Numbered from the stretch's first letter, positions 48,338-63,369 are shown. The stretch: 64,000 bases of DNA from Oceanispirochaeta sp. (GCA_963663385.2 CAXXXD010000002.1:1216001-1280000); one strand, 5' to 3'. A program made the numbers and translations. Notes: a model not told the origin generated them from the letters alone.

Positions 48338-48772
48338 TTAATCAATCATTTGCGATAAAATCCTGACTGAAGTTTTTATTGCCAGAGGGCATGTGCTGTT
48401 AAACAAGTCTTTTTTCAGTATGTCTTCCCTCTGGTCCGGTATAGAGGGATCCAGCCCCAGAATTTCACGGCAAATGATACTGGATTGGGTTTTCCTGAAT
48501 TCCTCATGAAAACTTTGCACAAGTTTGTTTGTCTTTTCTTTGGCTTCCGGATTCATTACAGTTCCATAACCGTATTTCTGGCCTATTGCAAGAACAGCTC
48601 CGGATACAGCGCCACAGATTTCCCCGGTTTTAACTCCGCCGCCGAGCCCGGATGCTACCTTCATTGCTGTATTTCTGTCTAACCCGAGATCATCGCAGAA
48701 TGCTCCGAGAACAGCCTGAGCGCAGTTGAAGCCATTGCTGAAAAGTTCTATAGCTCTATTTTCTTTGTTCAT
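48338..48772 (-). CDS. C-GCAxxG-C-C family putative redox protein
   Basis: GFNCAQAV, GLGGG, ICGAVSG, IICREIL, TCP. Confidence 0.9.
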   Translation of the reverse strand: MNKENRAIELFSNGFNCAQAVLGAFCDDLGLDRNTAMKVASGLGGGVKTGEICGAVSGAVLAIGQKYGYGTVMNPEAKEKTNKLVQSFHEEFRKTQSSIICREILGLDPSIPDQREDILKKDLFNSTCPLAIKTSVRILSQMID

Positions 48773-48883
48773 GATTCATTATTAATAGAATTTCAGTACT
48801 ATGTCAAAAGGCTGACGACGGAATGTGTGTCTTCACCGGTTTGTGAGTTGACTTTTTATACGAGTTTGATCATATTAAACTCA

Positions 48884-49189
48884 AAGCCCAGACGGAGACG
48901 AGTAACAGAACCTCCGGATTACCAGAGAAGCGGCCCCTCGGCTGGAAGGCTGCCATTCCGGATTCTGTGAAAACCACTCCCGAGCTGCTCCCCGAAATGG
49001 ATAATTCCTTTGGAATGATCCGTAGTAGACGGAGACGAGATCCCGCGTTAAAGGAGAGCTAAGCGCACGGCCGTATGGAAAAACTAGCGGCAGTGAAGTA
49101 AGGTGGTACCGCGGAGAGCCCTTTTGTTCTTCGTCCTTATGCTGAAATTTAATTTTTAGTAGCAGGACGGCGAGTAAAAGGGTTTTTTT
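48884..49189 (+). promoter_or_regulatory. T-box riboswitch (Thr specifier ACC) with terminator
   Basis: Stem I with AGTA, AGAGA and GCTGGAAG loops; specifier GAAA-ACC-AC (48973-48975); T-box AAGGTGGTACCGCG (49100-49113); terminator ending in T7 at 49183-49189; upstream of thrS. Confidence 0.92.
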
Positions 49190-49218
49190 ATGTCCCGTCC
49201 TCGTACCGGAGGTACATT

Positions 49219-50973
49219 ATGACCAGTAAAGAGAAGAAGAAACTGGAAAAACTGGAGATGATGCGTCACTCCATGGCTCATGTCATGGCCGGCGCTGTTC
49301 TGAAAATGATGCCCGAAGCCAAATTCGCTATCGGTCCGTCTATCGACAACGGTTTTTATTACGATTTCGATCTGCCCCGCAAGCTGACAAACGAAGATCT
49401 GGAAAAGATTGAAGAGGGAATGAAAGAGATTATCAGGGAAGGAGTCCCTTTTGAACGGGAAGTCCTTAACCGGGATGAAGCTCTGGATCAGTTCAAAAAT
49501 CAGCCCTATAAGGTCGAATTGATTAACGAACTCCCCGAACATGAAGAGATAACCATCTATAAAATGGGGCACCATTTTACCGATCTCTGCCGCGGCCCCC
49601 ATGTTGAAGATACCAGCCGGCTTAATGCGCAGGGGTTTAAACTCCTCTCCATTGCCGGAGCCTACTGGCGGGGAGATGAAAAACGCCCCATGCTTCAGAG
49701 AATTTACGCTACCGCATTCGGCGACGGCAAAGCCCTGAAGGCTCACCTGGAGTTTTTGGAAGAGATGGAGAAACGCGACCATAGAAGGGTCGGAAAAGAA
49801 CTGGATCTATTCTCCCTGCATGAAGAAGCAGGCCCCGGACTGGTCTACTGGCACCCCAAGGGAGCCCGGATGAGGGTAACCATTGAAGATTTCTGGAGAA
49901 AAGAGCACTACAAGAACGGTTATGATATGGTCTTTACTCCCCATGTCGGTAAATCCTGGCTGTGGGAAACCTCCGGTCACCTGGATTTTTACAAAGAGGG
50001 GATGTATCCCAATATGGTTATGGATAATGTGGATTACTATACCAAACCCATGAACTGCCCCTTCCATATCATGATCTACAACAACGGAAAGCACTCCTAT
50101 AAGGAGCTTCCCTTCCGCTGGGCCGAACTGGGAACCGTATACCGTTATGAACGGTCCGGAACCCTTCATGGCCTTCTTCGGGTAAGGGGATTTACCCAGG
50201 ATGATGCCCACCTGATCTGTACACCCGATCAGATGCAGAGTGAAATCTCCGAAGTCCTGAGATTCAGTCTTTTTATGCTTCGTTCCTTTGGTTTCGAAAA
50301 CATCTCCGCTTACCTTTCAACCATGCCGGAAAAAAGTGTGGGAGAAAAAGACAGGTGGGATGCGGCAACCGAATCCCTCAGAAAGGCTATTGAGGATGAG
50401 GGCCTTGAATACAAGGTTGACGAAGGGGGCGGTGCTTTCTACGGTCCCAAAATCGACCTGAAAGTAAAAGACACCATGGGAAGGGAGTGGCAGCTTTCTA
50501 CGGTTCAGTTTGACTTCAACCTTCCCGAACGCTTTGATATGACCTTTGTAGACAGTGATGGTGTGGAAAAGCGACCCTATGTTATTCATAGAGCACTGCT
50601 TGGTTCCATCGAACGGTTCTTCGGTGTGCTGATTGAGAATTACGGCGGAGCTTTTCCGGTCTGGCTGGCTCCCGTTCAGGTTAAGGTCGTTCCGGTAAGC
50701 AACAAGTTTGACGACTATGCCAGAGAGGTGGAAAAAGCTCTCAGACAGGCGGAAATCCTTGTGGAAGGCGACTATTCTGATGACAGAATGAATGCCAAGA
50801 TACGTAATGCCCAGAACAAAAAGATTCCCTATATGCTTGTTGTCGGGGAGAAAGAGATGAATGAAAAGGCTGTCAGTATCCGTGTCAGAACGGGAGAGCA
50901 GACAAACGGAGTTCCTCTTGATGATGCAATCAGACTGATTCTGGAGAAAATTGAGAAGAAGGAAATGCCCTGA
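49219..50973 (+). CDS. thrS: Threonine--tRNA ligase (short form lacking N-terminal TGS domain)
   Basis: RHSMAH, DLCRGPH, KPMNCP, YRYERSG.LHGL.RVRGFTQDD, HRALLGS.ER. Confidence 0.98.
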   Translation: MTSKEKKKLEKLEMMRHSMAHVMAGAVLKMMPEAKFAIGPSIDNGFYYDFDLPRKLTNEDLEKIEEGMKEIIREGVPFEREVLNRDEALDQFKNQPYKVELINELPEHEEITIYKMGHHFTDLCRGPHVEDTSRLNAQGFKLLSIAGAYWRGDEKRPMLQRIYATAFGDGKALKAHLEFLEEMEKRDHRRVGKELDLFSLHEEAGPGLVYWHPKGARMRVTIEDFWRKEHYKNGYDMVFTPHVGKSWLWETSGHLDFYKEGMYPNMVMDNVDYYTKPMNCPFHIMIYNNGKHSYKELPFRWAELGTVYRYERSGTLHGLLRVRGFTQDDAHLICTPDQMQSEISEVLRFSLFMLRSFGFENISAYLSTMPEKSVGEKDRWDAATESLRKAIEDEGLEYKVDEGGGAFYGPKIDLKVKDTMGREWQLSTVQFDFNLPERFDMTFVDSDGVEKRPYVIHRALLGSIERFFGVLIENYGGAFPVWLAPVQVKVVPVSNKFDDYAREVEKALRQAEILVEGDYSDDRMNAKIRNAQNKKIPYMLVVGEKEMNEKAVSIRVRTGEQTNGVPLDDAIRLILEKIEKKEMP

Positions 50974-51003
50974 TCTTATTCTGAAATATACAGTTATTCA
51001 ACG

Positions 51004-51031
51004 AACGGGACCCTGCAGGGTCCCGTTTTTT
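51004..51031 (+). terminator. Intrinsic terminator after thrS
   Basis: aacgggaccc-tgca-gggtcccgtt plus T-run. Confidence 0.85.
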
Positions 51032-51118
51032 ATGGATTTATGCTTCTGAATCAGAAGATTCGGTTCGATAATGAGAGGGACGGGGTTCCATGCTCACATC
51101 CCCTGGAGAAAAATAAAA

Positions 51119-52597
51119 ATGAAAATAAACGAAATTATCAGACAGAAGGAGCAGGATATATTCCGTCTGGAAGAAATCCTGGCTCTATTAAGTTGGGATC
51201 AGGAAACGGGAATGCCTCCCCAGGGGATAGAAGACCGGTCGGATCAGATGGCCTGGGTGCAGCAGCAGATATCCGATCGTATCACAAACCCCGAATGGGA
51301 CAATCTGTTGTCGGAGTTAGAAGAACAGGCCGAATGTAATGAAGAAAAAATCTGGTATGCCAATCTGAAACGTCGGTATATATTGAATAGATGCCTGCCG
51401 GACGATTTTATGGCTCAATTTGTAAGGGTGACATCTCTGGCAAGGGATGCCTGGGTTAAGGCCCGGAAAAAGGACGATTTTACCCTTTTTCAGCCCCATC
51501 TCGAAAAGGTAGTCGATCTTGTGCGAAGAAGAGCCGAACTGACCGGTTTTGACGGGGAACCCTATAATGCTCTATTGGATCTGTATGAGCCCGGGGTTAC
51601 TGCGGACCAACTGGAAGGCATATTTAATCCTCTTCAGAATGCTTTAATCCCCCTTATAGACAGAATGATACAGAAACAGGAGGGCAAAACTCTGAATGAT
51701 GAGTTTCCTGTTTCGGAACAGGAGAAAATTCATCATGAACTGCTGAATGCCATGAACTATGATCTGACCCGGGGGCGGATGGATTTTTCTGTTCATCCAT
51801 TTACAACAACGACAGGGCCGAAGGACATTCGCATAACAACTTCTTTAGTGGCTGATGATTTTCTGAACGGGCTGTACAGTACAATGCATGAAGCAGGACA
51901 CGGTCTGTATGAACAGAATCTTCCTGCTGAATGGGGCCGAACACTTAACGGTCAGGCCTGTTCTTTTGGAATCCATGAATCCCAGTCAAGGATGTGGGAA
52001 AATATTATCGGCCGGTCAGAGGCATTCTGGGAGTATTTCACACCTGTAATGAAAAAGGCTTTTCCTGTACAAATGAAGAAAAAAGATGCCCGTTCTCTCT
52101 ATGCAGCATCGAACAGGGTGCAGAGGAGTTTCATTCGTATTGAAGCTGATGAATATACCTATAACCTTCATGTGCTTCTCCGTTTCAGGATAGAAAGGAT
52201 GATTGTAAATGGTATAGCGGAAGTAGCAGATCTACCGGAAATCTGGAAAGATGAATCAGAGAAGCTTCTGGGTATCGTGCCTGAAAAAATGACAGATGGT
52301 GTGCTTCAGGATATTCACTGGTCTCTGGGAGACTGGGGGTATTTTCCCACTTATACACTGGGTAATCTTTATTCGGCACAGATCTGGCAAACCATGGAGC
52401 AGGATCTGGGAAAACTGGATGAAAAGATAAGGGCGGGCGAGTTCGGGACTATTCTGGGCTGGCTTGTCAGTAATGTTCATAGCCGGGGAGCATTACTCAG
52501 TCCGGGAGAATTGATAAAAGAAATCTCAGGAGAAGAACTCAGTTCCCGTTACTTTATAGATTACCTTGAAAGGAAGTCGAACAAACTTTATGCTTGA
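51119..52597 (+). CDS. Carboxypeptidase M32 (Taq-type)
   Basis: WDQET.MP, HPF, DIRITT, HEAGH, HESQSR, IRIEADE, G.LQDIHW, YFPTY. Confidence 0.95.
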   Translation: MKINEIIRQKEQDIFRLEEILALLSWDQETGMPPQGIEDRSDQMAWVQQQISDRITNPEWDNLLSELEEQAECNEEKIWYANLKRRYILNRCLPDDFMAQFVRVTSLARDAWVKARKKDDFTLFQPHLEKVVDLVRRRAELTGFDGEPYNALLDLYEPGVTADQLEGIFNPLQNALIPLIDRMIQKQEGKTLNDEFPVSEQEKIHHELLNAMNYDLTRGRMDFSVHPFTTTTGPKDIRITTSLVADDFLNGLYSTMHEAGHGLYEQNLPAEWGRTLNGQACSFGIHESQSRMWENIIGRSEAFWEYFTPVMKKAFPVQMKKKDARSLYAASNRVQRSFIRIEADEYTYNLHVLLRFRIERMIVNGIAEVADLPEIWKDESEKLLGIVPEKMTDGVLQDIHWSLGDWGYFPTYTLGNLYSAQIWQTMEQDLGKLDEKIRAGEFGTILGWLVSNVHSRGALLSPGELIKEISGEELSSRYFIDYLERKSNKLYA

Positions 52598-53321
52598 CGA
52601 TCCCCGTTTCTGGTTATATTGGGTTCTCTTCTTTTCAGCTGCCGGTCTAACCCGGCTGGTGATCAGTCTTTTCCGTAAGAAAAGTTGCGCTTCCTCCTGT
52701 CTGTACTTCGCTCTGTCCCTTGCTTTTCTAACCATGTTCTGGCTGGTCAGGGGGAATTTCTTCTTCAGAACCTACCGGGAAGGTGCATTATTCTGCTTTA
52801 GTGCCATGCTGCCCGGGGGGGTAGCTGGATTGCATTTTATACTTTTACTGCTTCCTGTACCGCTTGTTGCTGGTTCTGTAATGTATCTGAACCTCAGTCT
52901 TGCTCCTCCGTTCCGTGCAAAAGAAAGTACTCTTGGCACTCTGACCTGTTATCCCGGTAGAGAGAAATCGCTTTTTGTAGAATGGACAGGACAAGACGGA
53001 AAACCTGTTCTAGGGTATCTTGAAGGAGAAAAATGCTGTATCTATCTAAGGAAAACCGTTTTACCGGACTACTTCTTCTTTCTGGAAAGTCCCTGGGAAG
53101 TTCTTGGAATACTGTCCCGGTATGTAAATCCCGCAGACCTTCCTCTAGACGCAGCTGAATACTACATACCGATTCTGTCCCCCGAAAATAAAAACCCGAA
53201 AATTAAAACATTCGAATACCCTGCCCTGCGATTTCTTGACCCCGGTTATTTCAATTCCTATACCTATGTTATCCGTAATAACCGTGATTTGGTTATTACG
53301 GAAAGGAAATCCACTGACTGA
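52590..53321 (+). CDS. Hypothetical membrane protein
   Basis: N-terminal TM segments; start overlaps the M32 stop. Confidence 0.65.
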   Translation: MLDDPRFWLYWVLFFSAAGLTRLVISLFRKKSCASSCLYFALSLAFLTMFWLVRGNFFFRTYREGALFCFSAMLPGGVAGLHFILLLLPVPLVAGSVMYLNLSLAPPFRAKESTLGTLTCYPGREKSLFVEWTGQDGKPVLGYLEGEKCCIYLRKTVLPDYFFFLESPWEVLGILSRYVNPADLPLDAAEYYIPILSPENKNPKIKTFEYPALRFLDPGYFNSYTYVIRNNRDLVITERKSTD

Positions 53322-53368
53322 AATCACAGCCCGTTGACAGCTTAAGCAGGTATACTTAAGATTTCAGA

Positions 53369-53962
53369 ATGAATTTACCAAATAAATTAACTGTTGGAAG
53401 AATATTCCTGACGCCTGTCTTCTTTATTGTATTTGCCCTGACTGTTTTAAAAGGGAACCTTTCACTCCCCTGGATCATTGTTCTATGGATTATACAGATA
53501 GTTATCGAAATCTCGGATGTTCTGGATGGGCACATTGCCCGCTCAAGGAACCTGGTTTCCGATATAGGTAAAATCCTGGATCCTTTTTCGGATGTTCTCA
53601 GCCGTGTAACCTATTTTATCTGTTTTACAGCTGTGGGACTTATGCCCCTGTGGGCTATGATTGTTATTGTCTGGCGTGAATTCTGCATTATGTTCATCAG
53701 GATGGTAATCGCAAAGGAAGGTACTGCTCTGGCGGCAAAAGGAGGAGGGAAAGCTAAAGCCGTATTCTATTTTATCTCCGGAGTTTTCGCACTAATAATA
53801 CTGACATTCCAATCCCTCGGAATCGATTTATACAGGAACGAAATGCTTCTTACCGGAAGAATACTATTCTCCCTGGCGGCAGTCAGTTCTGTTATCTCTT
53901 TTATCCAGTATTTTATTCTTTTCATGCGGACGGATACTATGAAGCAATTTGTTAAGGAGTAA
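53369..53962 (+). CDS. pgsA: CDP-diacylglycerol--glycerol-3-phosphate 3-phosphatidyltransferase
   Basis: MNLPNKLT..R, SD.LDG.IAR, GKILDP..D, GK.K. Confidence 0.92.
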   Translation: MNLPNKLTVGRIFLTPVFFIVFALTVLKGNLSLPWIIVLWIIQIVIEISDVLDGHIARSRNLVSDIGKILDPFSDVLSRVTYFICFTAVGLMPLWAMIVIVWREFCIMFIRMVIAKEGTALAAKGGGKAKAVFYFISGVFALIILTFQSLGIDLYRNEMLLTGRILFSLAAVSSVISFIQYFILFMRTDTMKQFVKE

Positions 53963-53966
53963 GTAA

Positions 53967-54089
53967 ATAGTATTTTTTTAATATTTTTTTCAAACATTCT
54001 GTTGACAAAAAAGCGCGATAAGTTATATATTCACGGAGCGTTCAACGCACAGCGCACTGAACGCAGCGAACTTAAATGTTCTTTTACAA
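53967..54089 (+). promoter_or_regulatory. rRNA operon promoter (AT-rich UP element, TTGACA -35, TATATT -10) and boxA-like site
   Basis: TTGACA 54002-54007; TATATT 54026-54031; tgttcttttacaa 54077-54089. Confidence 0.75.
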
Positions 54090-54349
54090 AGGAATTAGAG
54101 AAGGGAAATTGAAGTATTTGACGAAAGTCAAGCCGATTGCGTACCGCAAGCCCGAAGGGTTGAGGAACGCAATAACTGGTAGTATGAATCGATTTCATAG
54201 AGTAGGCGGATGCTGAAATATGAAATCACGTTAGAGTTCTTTTGAATAAAAAGGGTTCTGACTCTTACTGGGACGGATCAGGATGATAACATCCGATTAA
54301 TATCTGTTCCGGTTTTACAATGATAGTAACCACTTTTGTGGTTAATTAT

Positions 54350-55891
<1,542 letters not shown>

Positions 55892-56085
55892 AGCGTGAAA
55901 GGTATAAGTCTTGCAGTTTTGTACATTGTAAGCAGTTAGACATCATTTTTACGAGTGATGCCTGCTACAGAGTTGCGTTCCCCGGTCTTCGACTGTTGTA
56001 CGCAACGGGCTTGGCTTTCGTCAATTACTTCTAATTTCCCGTCAGATAATTCCCAAAGGGATCTGTTTTACTGATTCCAAAACCG

Positions 56086-56159
56086 GGGGGTATAGCTCAG
56101 CTGGCTAGAGCACTAGATTTGCATTCTAGGGGTCTGGGGTTCGAATCCCCATACCTCCA
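56086..56159 (+). tRNA. tRNA-Ala (TGC), CCA not encoded
   Basis: GGGGGTA/TACCTCC acceptor with G3:U70, anticodon arm ctaga-TTTGCAT-tctag, GGTTCGAATCC T-arm. Confidence 0.96.
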
Positions 56160-56240
56160 AAGCCTGGTTTAAAACATTTTAGATATTTTAGTTCAGGCGT
56201 TCTTTTAAATAGGTAATAGCGAAGGGATAAATAATAATAT

Positions 56241-59164
<2,924 letters not shown>

Positions 59165-59276
59165 ATATTATTATTTATCTCTTCAGTTTTATATAAATTG
59201 CAATCGCTTTGGAAGCTAGGAATACTTCTGGAGAGTGAATGCTTCTTGTCAGGGTAAGACTTGATAAGATTATTAT

Positions 59277-59374
<98 letters not shown>

Positions 59375-59383
<9 letters not shown>

Positions 59384-59572
59384 TTATTTGCCCCTTGTCT
59401 TAGGATGAGGGGCTTTTTCTTTTATAACCAGCTGCAACGACCGTAGCCAGTGCGGCTTGAGCGAAGCTCAAACGCACGTTGACGAAGCCCGAAAGGGCGA
59501 AGTGAGTTGCCAGTTTATTTGCCCCTTGTCTTAGGATGAGGGCCTTTTTTTTTATAACCGGTTGCAATGACC
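59375..59572 (+). repeat. Direct repeat (~67 bp, period 131) of the 5S 3' end plus terminator
   Basis: gttgccagtttatttgccccttgtcttaggatgaggg..tttt..tataacc.g.tgcaa.gacc at 59375 and 59506. Confidence 0.9.
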
Positions 59573-59737
59573 CTGTCGTTGTGTTCCTCATTCTTCCGGT
59601 ACGCATCTGATGCAGCCGTTACGGTTGATACCAGCATAAAATCCGGCCGGCGAATCTTAGATACATAATAACGGATACCGGGAAGGTGCAGCGTGTTGAC
59701 TTCTATTTAGAACAATTGTATATGTGTAGTAAAAAAA

Positions 59738-60620
59738 TTACCGTCGAGTTGATCGGATTATTTGTCTCCCTTCTACCGTTATGGAGAGGCCGTAACGGTT
59801 TTTCTCTTTCGAACACCAGCCCTTCTGTTTAAAATCTTCAATAATTCTTCTGGCCTGAGCCGGGGTAAGGTTAATGCCTTTTCGGGTACAGAATTCTGAC
59901 AAACGCTGCCGTGTAGGGATGAGCCCGTCAGACAATAGGGATTCAATAGATTCAAGGGCAGTAATTTCCTTCTCTGATACCGCCGATTGTTTGGATCTGT
60001 CCTCCATCTCATACTGATTTTCCGGTTCAAAAAAGTCCAAAATAAACATCCCGTCAGGAACATCTTTCAATGAGATCGTATCAGAGCTTGAGATTGCCAT
60101 CATACAGATTAGAATGTTCTTCAGTTCTCTTATATTTCCGGGCCAGATATAATCTGTCAATTTTGATTTGAGGGCGGGGGTAATCTTTGTTTCAGAAAAG
60201 GATTCCCGGTGGATTAAATGATCAATCAGGATCGGTATATCATCCTTTCGTTCTCTCAGTGACGGCATTCGGATGTATCCCTGTTTGATTCTATAAAGAA
60301 GATCCTCGCGAAACAGGTTATCTGGAGCCATTTTTGTTAAATTACGGTTTGTAGCGGCTATTATTCTCACATCCACTCTGCGGATATGATTCCCTCCTAT
60401 CCTAAGAACTTCTCCTTCCTGAAGAACTCTCAGAAGGCCCCTTTGAATTCTGGGGGAAATATCACCTATTTCATCCAGAAAAAGTGTTCCTCCGTCTGCC
60501 TGTTCAAAAAGACCTGCTTTACCTTCCCTGGATGCTCCTGTGAATGCTCCCGGCTCATAACCAAACAATTCACTTTCCAGCAATGATTCATTAACTGCAC
60601 TAAGGTTGACTGCAACATAG
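59738..60620 (-). pseudogene. N-terminally truncated sigma-54-dependent transcriptional activator (AAA+ half plus C-terminal domain)
   Basis: YVAVNLSAVNESLLESELFG..GAFTGA, GTLFLDEIGD, RIIAATN, WPGNIREL; Walker A and sensor region missing; frame closed by a stop at 60638-60640. Confidence 0.8.
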
Positions 60621-60626
60621 TGGAAG

Positions 60627-62126
60627 ATGCCAGATACTTACATCATCATCTTTTTTGTGGTTATAGCTGCGGCTATTTTAACTATGATTGTGCCGGTTGG
60701 TGTCTTTACAGCAACTCAGGAAGCGGAAAACGGTAAGACTGTTCTGGACCCCTCATCCTATACAAATCTCTTTATAGAAGATGATGGTGTCCTTAAAGCC
60801 GATTTATGTGGTACGACTCATCGAAAGCCAATTGCCCTGTTTAAACCATTTGGCGGAATGGGGGTTCTGAATTATGTTTTTGAAGGTTTGACTTCCGGTT
60901 CCAAATGGGGGACAGCAGTCGGTATTATTGCTTTTATTCTGATTGCAGGTGGATCTTTTGGTGTTGTTCTCAGGACCGGTGCCGTTGAAAACGGGATACT
61001 GACTATGATCCGCAAAACAAAAGGGAAAGAATCTCTTCTACTGCCCCTTTTGTTTCTCCTTTTCTCTTTGGGAGGAGCCATTTTCGGAATGGGCGAAGAG
61101 GCTATTCCTTTTGCCATGATCATTGTTCCTATTGTCATCGCCATGGGTTACGATGCGGTAACGGGTATTTTAATTACCTATGCGGCTACACAAATAGGTT
61201 TTGCCACTTCATGGATGAATCCCTTCAGTGTTGCTATTGCACAGGGCGTTGCCGGTGTTCCTCTAATGTCGGGAGCCGGATTCAGGATTTTCATGTGGGT
61301 TTTCTTTACAGTTCTGGGAATTGTGTTTACCTGGTTTTATGCCAAAAGAATTAAAAAGAACCCTTTGAAATCTGTTTCATATGAGAGTGACCGGTATTTC
61401 AGGGAAGATTTTGAGGCCCGGGAGATGGAAAATCGGGAATTCACCATAGGTCATATTCTTGTGCTGCTGACAGTTCTGGCTGCTGTGATCTGGGTTGTCT
61501 GGGGAGTTGTCGGATACGGAGTAGGAAACGGTTATTATATTCCTTCCATAGCAACTGTGTTTTTTATCATGGGGCTTGTAACTGCCATTATCGCCGGTAT
61601 CTTCAAGCTGAACGGCATGACATTCAATGATAGTGCAGATGCTTTCCGGAAAGGTGCCGCTGATCTTGTGGGTGCTGCTTTAATTGTCGGTATGGCAAAA
61701 GGCATTATCCTGGTTCTCGGTGGTGACGATACGGGAACTCCCAATGTGTTAAATACGATTCTATACGGAATGGGATCGGTTCTCTCCGGTCTCCCGGAAG
61801 TGCTCTCTGCCTGGTTTATGTATTTATTCCAGTCTATCTTCAATTTCTTTGTTGTTTCCGGTTCCGGTCAGGCAGCACTGACTATGCCTTTGATGGCTCC
61901 TCTGGCTGAAATAGTAGGAGTTACCAAACAGGTAGCCGTTCTTGCCTTCCAGTTGGGTGACGGTTTTACCAACCTTATCGTTCCCACTTCCGGATGTTTG
62001 ATGGGTGTTCTGGGCGTGGCCCGTCTGGACTGGGGAAACTGGGTGAAATTCCAGATAAAATTCCAGGGTCTGCTGGCTGTGTTCGGAACGTTATTTATTA
62101 TTTTAGCCGTTCTTATCGGTTTCTGA
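60627..62126 (+). CDS. yfcC: Putative basic amino acid antiporter YfcC (DcuC/YfcC family), probably missing first codons
   Basis: MPDTY.IIFFV, GMGEEAIPF, TQIGFATSWMNPF, SGSGQAALTMP, FQLGDG. Confidence 0.9.
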   Translation: MPDTYIIIFFVVIAAAILTMIVPVGVFTATQEAENGKTVLDPSSYTNLFIEDDGVLKADLCGTTHRKPIALFKPFGGMGVLNYVFEGLTSGSKWGTAVGIIAFILIAGGSFGVVLRTGAVENGILTMIRKTKGKESLLLPLLFLLFSLGGAIFGMGEEAIPFAMIIVPIVIAMGYDAVTGILITYAATQIGFATSWMNPFSVAIAQGVAGVPLMSGAGFRIFMWVFFTVLGIVFTWFYAKRIKKNPLKSVSYESDRYFREDFEAREMENREFTIGHILVLLTVLAAVIWVVWGVVGYGVGNGYYIPSIATVFFIMGLVTAIIAGIFKLNGMTFNDSADAFRKGAADLVGAALIVGMAKGIILVLGGDDTGTPNVLNTILYGMGSVLSGLPEVLSAWFMYLFQSIFNFFVVSGSGQAALTMPLMAPLAEIVGVTKQVAVLAFQLGDGFTNLIVPTSGCLMGVLGVARLDWGNWVKFQIKFQGLLAVFGTLFIILAVLIGF

Positions 62127-62187
62127 TTTAAGCTACTGGGGCTGCGGCAGCAGTCCCATTCCCGGAGGTAAGAGGATTGGCAGGAGA

Positions 62188-63369
62188 ATGAAGCAGAAGT
62201 TACAGATCATCCAGGGCGCTGAGATATATGCACCCGAAAAGCTTGGTAATATGGATATCCTTTTTGCCGGAGAGAAGATCCTGGCTGTGGAGGAATCGAT
62301 TCGGCTTGATGCCAGTGGTATCGAAGTTGAAATCATTTCCGGCGGGGGACTGATTCTTGTACCGGGCCTGGTAGATTCCCATGTGCATATCTGCGGTGGC
62401 GGCGGAGAGGGAGGATTTTCCACAAGAACACCGGAAATTCAGCTCTCCTCCATTTTAAAGGGGGGAATCACCTCAGTCGTCGGGGTATTGGGAACTGACG
62501 GTACTACAAGAACCATGACGAATCTTCTGGCAAAGGCATCGGGTTTGACCGAAGAAGGGATTAATACATGGGTTATGACCGGCAGCTATCAGATCCCGGT
62601 AAGAACCCTGACAGGCTCAATTCCGGATGATATTATTCTGATTGAAAAGATTCTTGGTACAGGAGAAGTGAGTTTGTCTGATCACAGATCTTCCCATCCT
62701 GATGTGAATACCTTTATCAAGCTGGTTTCAGATACCCGCCTGGGCGGAATGCTTTCCGGTAAAGCCGGTCTGGTGAATATCCATATGGGAGACAGCCGCG
62801 ATACCATCTCACTTTTACTGGAGGCTATCGAGACGTCGGATCTTCCCATCTCCCAGCTGCAGCCAACTCATATGAACAGGAATCCCTGGCTGTTCAATGA
62901 TGCTGTTCTTTATTCAGAAAAGGGCGGATTTCTGGACTTTACGACCAGTACGACACCACAGTTTGTAGAAGAGGGTGAAATCCCCGCAGCAGAAGCTTTG
63001 AAGCTGATACTGGATAAGGGGATAGACATATCGCGAATATCCTTCTCTTCAGATGCTCAGGGCAGTTTGCCTCTTTTTGACGATGCGGGTAATCTTAAAG
63101 GGCTGACAGTCGGAAAATCCCAATCACTGCTGGAATCATTTATAGAAGCAGTCCTGAAATGGGGTATTCCCATAGAAAAGGCGATTCTGCCGGTTAGTAC
63201 TACCCCGGCCGGCCGGTATAAACTGCCTGGTAAAGGTAAAATCTGTGCCGGATATGATGCGGACTTTCTGCTTTTGAATAAAAAAGATTTATCCATGAAT
63301 ACTCTTTTTGCCAGAGGTAAAAAGATGGTTGATAAGGGACAAGTGGTAAGTTTCGGAACATTCGAATAG
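62188..63369 (+). CDS. iadA: Isoaspartyl dipeptidase
   Basis: D.HVHICGGGGEGG...RTPE, G.LGTDG, GSY, SDHRSS, HMGD, PTH.NR, SSDAQGSLP. Confidence 0.95.
   Translation: MKQKLQIIQGAEIYAPEKLGNMDILFAGEKILAVEESIRLDASGIEVEIISGGGLILVPGLVDSHVHICGGGGEGGFSTRTPEIQLSSILKGGITSVVGVLGTDGTTRTMTNLLAKASGLTEEGINTWVMTGSYQIPVRTLTGSIPDDIILIEKILGTGEVSLSDHRSSHPDVNTFIKLVSDTRLGGMLSGKAGLVNIHMGDSRDTISLLLEAIETSDLPISQLQPTHMNRNPWLFNDAVLYSEKGGFLDFTTSTTPQFVEEGEIPAAEALKLILDKGIDISRISFSSDAQGSLPLFDDAGNLKGLTVGKSQSLLESFIEAVLKWGIPIEKAILPVSTTPAGRYKLPGKGKICAGYDADFLLLNKKDLSMNTLFARGKKMVDKGQVVSFGTFE

Noticed and set aside
49219..49300. thrS truncated or pseudogene because the TGS domain is absent
   Set aside because: Strong GGAGG RBS, intact T-box and all catalytic motifs; short ThrRS forms are known.
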